Shown here piece after piece: positions 56,801 through 64,000 of a DNA stretch of 64,000 nucleotides. Position 1 is the stretch's first letter, and the number at the start of each line of letters is the position of its first letter. Source of the DNA: an uncultured Acidimicrobiaceae bacterium. GTDB lineage: Bacteria > Actinomycetota > Acidimicrobiia > Acidimicrobiales > RAAP-2. The notes under the pieces were generated by a model. That model saw only the letters and a list, made by a program, of their open reading frames with translations, did not search any database and was not told where the DNA came from. Both the position numbers and the translations under genes were made by a program. The stretch is from contig CAWHFM010000009.1 of NCBI GenBank assembly GCA_963828505.1, positions 180,872 through 244,871 of the forward strand. Direction: 5' to 3'.

Positions 56801-57871
56801 GCGCGCGCAGCGGTGCAAGTGGGCGCGGCGCCGATACACCCAGCGCGGGCGATCCCGAGCCCGCCCCGACCTATCTGGTTCGAGGGGACGATCCTGCCCT
56901 CGTGGCCCAGGAGGTGCACGCTCTGGTCTCCGAGCTGGTCGCGGATCGTGACCACACGCTCGTCGTCGAAGAGCTCGGAGGTGGCGGCGAAGACCTCAAC
57001 GTCGGCGCAGTCGTCGACGCCTGCCTGACCCCTCCCTTCCTCATCGACCGCCGGGTGGTCGTCGCGCGCGACGCCGGCCGCCTCCTCACGGCGGACGTGC
57101 CGCGTCTGGTCGAGGTGGTCAGTGACCCGCTTCCGAGCACCGTGCTCGTGCTGGTGGGCGGCGGCGGGACGATCCCGGCACCACTTGTACGCGCCGTGAG
57201 CGCTCACGGCGTGGTCGTCGAGGTGGCCACCACCAAAGCGGGCGATCGCAAAGCATGGCTCCACGAGCACCTGCGCGCCGGTCCGGTGAAGCTCGACCCA
57301 GCGGCCGTCGACCTCCTCGGTTCCCACGTGGGAGAGGACCTGGCCCGCGTCGAGGGTCTGCTCGGGGCGCTGAGTGCGGCCTACGGAGAAGGGGCGCGGA
57401 TCTCGGCCGACGATCTGGAGCCCTACCTCGGGGAAGCCGGTGCGGTACCGCGATACGAGCTGACCGATGCCATCGGACGGGGCGAGCCGGGCCAGGCGCT
57501 GAGGGTCCTGCATCGGATGCTCGCCGCCGGCGGCCTCGCGCCGGTCCAGATCCTCGCCACCTTGCACGGGTATTACGCCAACATGCTCGCCCTCGACGGC
57601 GACGGTGTCAGCGATGAGCGCGAGGCCGCCGCTCTCCTCGGCGCCGCGCCCTTCGTGGCCAAGAAGGCGCTGGAGCAGTGTCGGCGACTCGGCCAGCGCG
57701 CGCATCGCGGCGGCCATCAACCTCATCGCCGCCGCCGATCTCGACGTGCGGGGGGCCAGCGGCCTCCCCCCCGAAGTCGTGGTCGAGATTCTCGTCGCCC
57801 GCCTGGCGCGTCAGACCCGTCCGGCCCGAGCCTCCCGACCGGGCCGGGTGCGGGCCGGAGTACCCGGCTGA
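56797..57871 (+). CDS. holA: DNA polymerase III delta subunit, frame broken near 57690
   Basis: GTG overlaps the folP stop (GTGA). YLVRGDDPALVAQEV...PFLIDRRVVV pattern. The C-terminal ARIAAAINLIAAADLDVRG lies in ORF 57605..57871. Confidence 0.7.
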
Positions 57872-57874
57872 TCG

Positions 57875-58285
57875 TCAACTGCGCTCGGCGACGAATGCCC
57901 TGAGCGCATCGCGGGACGGATGTCCCCACCCGATGCAAAACGGATGTCCGGCCGGGTCGGCGTATGTCTGGTGGCCCTCGTCGGCGTCGAGGTCGTGAGC
58001 CGGCTGAAGAAGTCGGGCTCCGAGAGCCATTGCCTCCTCGTGTGCAGCTCGGGGATCGTCGACGTGCAGATCGAGGTGGACTTGTTGCGGGTTGCCGTCA
58101 GGCCATTCCGGAGGTACGTGGTTCGGTGCGAGTTGCACCCCGATCCGCCACTCGCCACTCGCGTCAATGACACTGTGCCATCGGTCGTCCTCGAAGACGC
58201 GCCCGCCGAGAATCCCGGCCCAGAACGCGCTCTCTGCATGGAGATCCGCCGCGTCGAACACTATGACTTGACGCACCATTCGCAC
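57875..58285 (-). CDS. VOC family protein
   Basis: FDAADLHAESAFWAGILG and HLDLHVDD...DPAGHPFC motifs. Confidence 0.75.
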   Translation of the reverse strand: MRMVRQVIVFDAADLHAESAFWAGILGGRVFEDDRWHSVIDASGEWRIGVQLAPNHVPPEWPDGNPQQVHLDLHVDDPRAAHEEAMALGARLLQPAHDLDADEGHQTYADPAGHPFCIGWGHPSRDALRAFVAERS

Positions 58286-58358
58286 GACGGGATCTTAAGA
58301 GACCGCAGGGAAACTCGAAGCGGTGTCGCGCAGCAGAAGCGAGGGCCGGCGGAATCGC

Positions 58359-58772
58359 TCAGGCGAGAGGCGTCGAGAACCAGAAGCGGTGGTTCTCGGG
58401 GTCGCGCGCTCCGTACTCCCGCAGGCCGTAGTCCTGGTCGGTGGGCTCGCTGTCGATGCGGGCGCCCGCCGCCACGCTCCACGCGTAGTGGGCGTCGACG
58501 TCGTCGACGAAGACGGTAAGGCCGCCGTGGGAAGCCGCGGCGCCACGGGGTGATGCCATCTGGTGCTCGGGGGCAACCTGGTGCAGCCACACGGCGGAGT
58601 CGCCCATGCGCACCTCCCCGTGCACCACGGTGCCGTCGTCGGCGCGATGCAGCCCGCCCGAGGTGAACCCGAACGTCTGCACCAGGTAGTCATGGCCCGC
58701 TTCGATGTCCTCGTACGTGAGCACGGGGACGATGCCGGTCCTGGTGAAATCGTCGGTGGTGTCGTCGGTCAT
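58359..58772 (-). CDS. VOC (glyoxalase/bleomycin-resistance) family protein
   Basis: ATG 58772 lies 7 nt after GAGGA. PVLTYEDIEAGHDYLVQTFGF and EYGARDPENHRFWF motifs. Confidence 0.75.
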   Translation of the reverse strand: MTDDTTDDFTRTGIVPVLTYEDIEAGHDYLVQTFGFTSGGLHRADDGTVVHGEVRMGDSAVWLHQVAPEHQMASPRGAAASHGGLTVFVDDVDAHYAWSVAAGARIDSEPTDQDYGLREYGARDPENHRFWFSTPLA

Positions 58773-58782
58773 GGTCATGTCC

Positions 58783-59715
58783 TCACTGTGACGGACCGGA
58801 GCCGGAGTGGTCTTGGACAAACCTGACCTCGGGCACCGACGAGGTACCGGCCAGGTAGGCCCCCGGCGTCATGCCGGCCAGCGCGACGAAGTCCCGGGTC
58901 AAGTGCGACTGGTCGTAGTACCCGGCCTCCATGGCGACGTCGGCCAGCGTGCGCGAGAGGCCGGAGCCGCCGGGGAGGCCGTCGAGCAGAGAGGTGGCGT
59001 GCTCGAAGCGGCAGAGCCGGGCGTAGGCCTTCGGCGAAACGCCGAGCACGCTCCGGAAGCGCTCGGTCGTGTGACGGCGACTCCACCCCGTTTCGTCCAA
59101 CAGCGGCTCCACCCGCGCCCGTCCCCGGGAGGCCTCGAGTTGTCGGCGCAGCCAGGTGACCTCGGGGGGCAGTGTGGGAACGCACTCGACGGAGGAGCCG
59201 GCCCATGAGCCAGCAGCTGCGAGCTGGTGATTCAGGACGTCGAAGCGATCGGCCCACGTCGACGAGTCGGCCAGCCGCTCGACCAGCCGGCGGCCGCGCT
59301 CACCCAGGACCTCGTCCAGCGGGAGCGCGGCGTCGTTGAGGTGGGACACATCACCGCGGAACAGGGCGACGGCACCAGCGGGAGTGAGCTCCAGCTGCAT
59401 GCCCAGTTGGTGGCCTCCGACCCCGGTCAAGCTCCACCTCGACTGGTTGCCCACCACGAAGGCCCCGAGCGATTGGGGGCTGCTCTCCTCCCGGTCGACG
59501 CCGTTGGCGTAGACGTCGATCGGGTCGCCGAAGCCGAGGATCAGGGCCACCCCGCGCCGTGCCAGCTCGCGACGGACGAATCCGGACTCGGGCCACTCCT
59601 CGTAGCCGACGTAGTGCCGTACCACCTCCGCCACGGCGCCTTTTGCTCCGCGCTGGGCCGTCTCGTGGATACCCCGCGGCGAGACCCGGCGGGTGAGGAC
59701 GAGACCCTCCGCCAT
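58783..59715 (-). CDS. AraC family transcriptional regulator
   Basis: C-terminal HTH_18 pattern (SRRHTTERFRSVLGVSPKAYARLCRFEHA ... GYYDQSHLTRDF). Confidence 0.8.
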   Translation of the reverse strand: MAEGLVLTRRVSPRGIHETAQRGAKGAVAEVVRHYVGYEEWPESGFVRRELARRGVALILGFGDPIDVYANGVDREESSPQSLGAFVVGNQSRWSLTGVGGHQLGMQLELTPAGAVALFRGDVSHLNDAALPLDEVLGERGRRLVERLADSSTWADRFDVLNHQLAAAGSWAGSSVECVPTLPPEVTWLRRQLEASRGRARVEPLLDETGWSRRHTTERFRSVLGVSPKAYARLCRFEHATSLLDGLPGGSGLSRTLADVAMEAGYYDQSHLTRDFVALAGMTPGAYLAGTSSVPEVRFVQDHSGSGPSQ

Positions 59716-59835
59716 CACCCAAGCATCGCGCGGCGGCGAGGACCAGCGTCGCGGTTGGTCGGCGCGGGCACACGCCGTCGACCAGGTCACCGTGTTTCGG
59801 AGCACGCACCGACGGCTCGTGCTGGACTGGCGTCC

Positions 59836-60345
59836 GTGCTCGAGACACCGGAGGAGTTGCAACGCCTCCAGGACCTCCTGGACGCCTCAATGGACGGTGC
59901 CGGACCTCACTTGCGTGACATCGTGACCGGGGAGCGCCGCATGGACGCGGCCGAGCTCGTGTCTCGCCTGGAGGGAATGCGGCTCCTCGTCGTCGCCACC
60001 GTCACGGAGGACGGCCGTCCGCTGGCCGGTCCGGTCGACGGCTACCTGCTCCACGGAGCGTTCTGGTTCAGCTCGGGTCGGCAGTCGGTCCGGATGCGGC
60101 ACCTGGCGGCCAGACCGGCGGTCAGCGCCACCCACCTGCCCGGAGAGGATGTCGCCGTCACGGTGCACGGGCGAGCGCAGCTCTACGACTTTTCGGATCC
60201 CGTCCTGGCCGAGCTCCGCCAGGCGATGATCGACGAGTACGTGCCGAAGCAGGGGCCGTCGGCGAAGGAGTGGATCGACAACCTCGACGCGCTGGCTGCT
60301 CGGATCGCACCCGAGAAGATGTTCACCTTCCGCCTCGATGCGTAG
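59836..60345 (+). CDS. pyridoxamine 5'-phosphate oxidase (PPOX-fold) family protein
   Basis: LLVVATVTEDGRP...G.WF.S...S.K..HL..RP.VS pattern. GTG 59836. Divergent from the AraC gene. Confidence 0.65.
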   Translation: MLETPEELQRLQDLLDASMDGAGPHLRDIVTGERRMDAAELVSRLEGMRLLVVATVTEDGRPLAGPVDGYLLHGAFWFSSGRQSVRMRHLAARPAVSATHLPGEDVAVTVHGRAQLYDFSDPVLAELRQAMIDEYVPKQGPSAKEWIDNLDALAARIAPEKMFTFRLDA

Positions 60346-60438
60346 CCGACCCGCCCAATGGGTAGCCGACCGGTTCGAGGAGCAGCCGGTGCCGCTCCGC
60401 TTTGTCCGGGCCGCTCCGGCTTGTCCGGGCCGATCCGG

Positions 60439-60717
60439 CTATTCCGCCGCGGCGGCGGCCTCGACGGCAGCGATGCGACGGACCAGGCGGGACTTGTGGT
60501 TCGCCGCCGTGTTCTTGTGGATCACGCCCCGGGCGGCGGCCTTGTCGATCCGCTTCACGGCCAGGCGGAGCATCTCTGCGCTGTCCTCGGCGCCGACCTC
60601 GGCGGCCGTGACGGCGCTCTTGGACCGAGTGCGCAGCTCGGCGCGCACCGACTTGTTGCGCAGGCGTCGCTTCTCGTTCTGGCGGTTCCGCTTGATCTGG
60701 CTCTTGATGTTGGCCAC
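60439..60717 (-). CDS. rpsT: 30S ribosomal protein S20
   Basis: MANIKSQIKRNRQNEKRRLRNKSVRAELRT is the canonical S20 N-terminus. Confidence 0.95.
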   Translation of the reverse strand: MANIKSQIKRNRQNEKRRLRNKSVRAELRTRSKSAVTAAEVGAEDSAEMLRLAVKRIDKAAARGVIHKNTAANHKSRLVRRIAAVEAAAAAE

Positions 60718-60942
60718 GTGACGATCCTCGGTGTTCTCTCGGCAGGGTGGGTCTCAGGAGGGGCGGCGGGCGGACGGCCCAACCGGCGCGGGGAGCAACA
60801 TTAGCAGGCGGGGGAGCCTCACGAGCAGGCGCGAAACCCCTCCGGGCTGGACCGTTCTGCCAGCAGGCGGGCCGACGGGGCCCGCCGCGCCGACCAGGGT
60901 GAGAGCCGGGGCGGCACGCCCGCCCGGTACGATCGACGAACC

Positions 60943-62759
<1,817 letters not shown>

Positions 62760-62832
62760 GCGAAACCCTGACGAGTTGATACCCGCAGGCCACGGAGCCG
62801 CGCCCGGACCCGGGGCGCCGAGGGCGGAGCCG

Positions 62833-62859
62833 CTGGCACTCGGTAGAATCGACTGCCAG
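62833..62859 (+). promoter_or_regulatory. CIRCE-like inverted repeat (HrcA operator) upstream of hrcA
   Basis: CTGGCACTC-N9-GACTGCCAG against the consensus TTAGCACTC-N9-GAGTGCTAA. Ends 10 nt before the hrcA ATG. Confidence 0.65.
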
Positions 62860-62868
62860 GCACCCACC

Positions 62869-63942
62869 ATGACCCTCAACGCCGAACCACACCAGCCCAA
62901 CGCCGCCACTGGCGGCGACCCCGACCTCAACGCTCGGCGCGCCGCCATCCTGCAGGCCGTCGTCAGCGAATACATCGGGACGGCCGAGCCGGTGGGCTCC
63001 TCGCACGTCGCCCACGCGCCGGGGGTGCAGGTCTCGTCCGCCACCGTCCGCTCGGAGATGGTGGCGCTCGAGCGCGAGGGGTATCTGGTGCAGCCCCATA
63101 CGAGCGCCGGGCGCATCCCGACCGACAAGGGCTACCGCTTCTTCGTCGACCACCTCACCACGCCGGGTGCCCTCGGACCGATTCAGCGCCGCCAGGTAGC
63201 CGACTTCTTCGACCACGTGTACGGCGAGATGGAGACCATGCTCGAGCGGGCCACCGGCCTGCTCTCGGAGCTGACCTCCTACGCCGCCGTGGTCGTCGGG
63301 CCGTCGCACGAGACCGCCTCCATCAAGGCCGTCCAGCTGGTCGGCCTGTCCGCACAGCACGTGCTGCTGGTGGTCGTCCTCTCCGACGGTGCGGTCGAGA
63401 AGCGCACCATGGAGCTCGACGGGGAGGTCTCCGACGAGGTGGTCGCCCGCGCCGCGACGCAGCTCGCCGCGCACCTCGTCGGTCAGACGCTCTCGGCGCC
63501 GTGGTCGGTGCCGCCGAGCGGCTCCAGGCGGGTCGACCGAATCGTGGGCGCGGCCCGGGCCGCCTTCGGTGCCCTGGAGGGCACCATCGACGCCGACCAG
63601 GTCTTCGTCGGTGGACCGGCTCGCCTGGCCGAGTCCTTCGAAGCCGTCGAGACCGTCCGCTCGGTGCTCGGCATCCTGGAGCAGCAGCTGGTCGTGGTCA
63701 CGCTCCTGCGCGATGTGCTCGGCCGGGGCCTCTCGGTCGCCATCGGCACGGAGCACGGCTTCGAGCCGCTGTCGTCGTGCGCCGTCGTGGTGGCTCCCGT
63801 GTCCATCGACGGTCAGGACCTCGGCGCGGTCGGCCTCCTCGGGCCGACCCGCATGGACTACTCGCGGGCCATGGCGGCTGCGCACGTGGTGGGCGAGCGC
63901 CTGGGCGAGCGATTAGGTGGAGGTCACGATGCCCGGCGCTGA
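62869..63942 (+). CDS. hrcA: heat-inducible transcriptional repressor HrcA
   Basis: RRAAILQAVVSEYIGTAEPVGS...VSSATVRSEMVALEREGYL..PHTSAGRIPTDKGYR. Confidence 0.9.
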   Translation: MTLNAEPHQPNAATGGDPDLNARRAAILQAVVSEYIGTAEPVGSSHVAHAPGVQVSSATVRSEMVALEREGYLVQPHTSAGRIPTDKGYRFFVDHLTTPGALGPIQRRQVADFFDHVYGEMETMLERATGLLSELTSYAAVVVGPSHETASIKAVQLVGLSAQHVLLVVVLSDGAVEKRTMELDGEVSDEVVARAATQLAAHLVGQTLSAPWSVPPSGSRRVDRIVGAARAAFGALEGTIDADQVFVGGPARLAESFEAVETVRSVLGILEQQLVVVTLLRDVLGRGLSVAIGTEHGFEPLSSCAVVVAPVSIDGQDLGAVGLLGPTRMDYSRAMAAAHVVGERLGERLGGGHDARR

Positions 63943-64000
63943 GACGACACACGACCTGTACGCGCTGCTCGGGGTGCGTCCCGACGCCAGCGACGACGAG
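63929..64000 (+). CDS. dnaJ: molecular chaperone DnaJ, 5' fragment running off the window
   Basis: GGTGGAGG SD. MPGAETTHDLYALLGVRPDASDDE is the start of a J-domain. Overlaps the hrcA end. Confidence 0.8.
   Translation, partial: MPGAETTHDLYALLGVRPDASDDE

Overview
High-GC (about 68-70% by eye) chromosomal segment that looks actinobacterial. Supporting genes: mycothiol-type MDMPI, F420/deazaflavin enzymes, PAC2, HU with a Lys/Ala tail, DUF929-VKOR, and holA-rpsT-lepA-hrcA-dnaJ synteny. Layout: (1) 1-21 kb holds accessory metabolism and stress genes (formamidase-like, DinB, CMD, several VOC/glyoxalase, DDN-type nitroreductase, AurF-like diiron oxygenase plus Zn-ADH, HU, DUF929-VKOR, DUF885). It also holds an unusual five-gene operon (6.5-10.3 kb) built from three paralogous double-YbjQ/UPF0145 proteins. 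(2) 21-29 kb is a cell-envelope locus: an LCP ligase flanked by two secreted paralogs made of 14 and 7 copies of a Cys-pair WNGxxW repeat I cannot assign to a named family. (3) About 33-49 kb is visibly lower-GC and mosaic, with gene remnants, a secreted RCC1-like propeller, a GT-C-like membrane protein, P-loop kinases, a nitrilase, NUDIX and a DUF4242-adenylate cyclase fusion. It ends in a decayed tyrosine integrase abutting tRNA-Ala(GGC), so it is probably an old integrated island. (4) 49-64 kb is housekeeping (leuS, folP, holA, rpsT, lepA, hrcA, dnaJ). No rRNA, CRISPR array or intact transposase was seen. Data-quality caveat: folP, holA and lepA each carry a single-base frame break, folP and lepA in G/C homopolymers. 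Assembly indels are therefore likely, and frameshift-based pseudogene calls elsewhere in the window are provisional. All family assignments come from motif recognition by eye. No searches were run.
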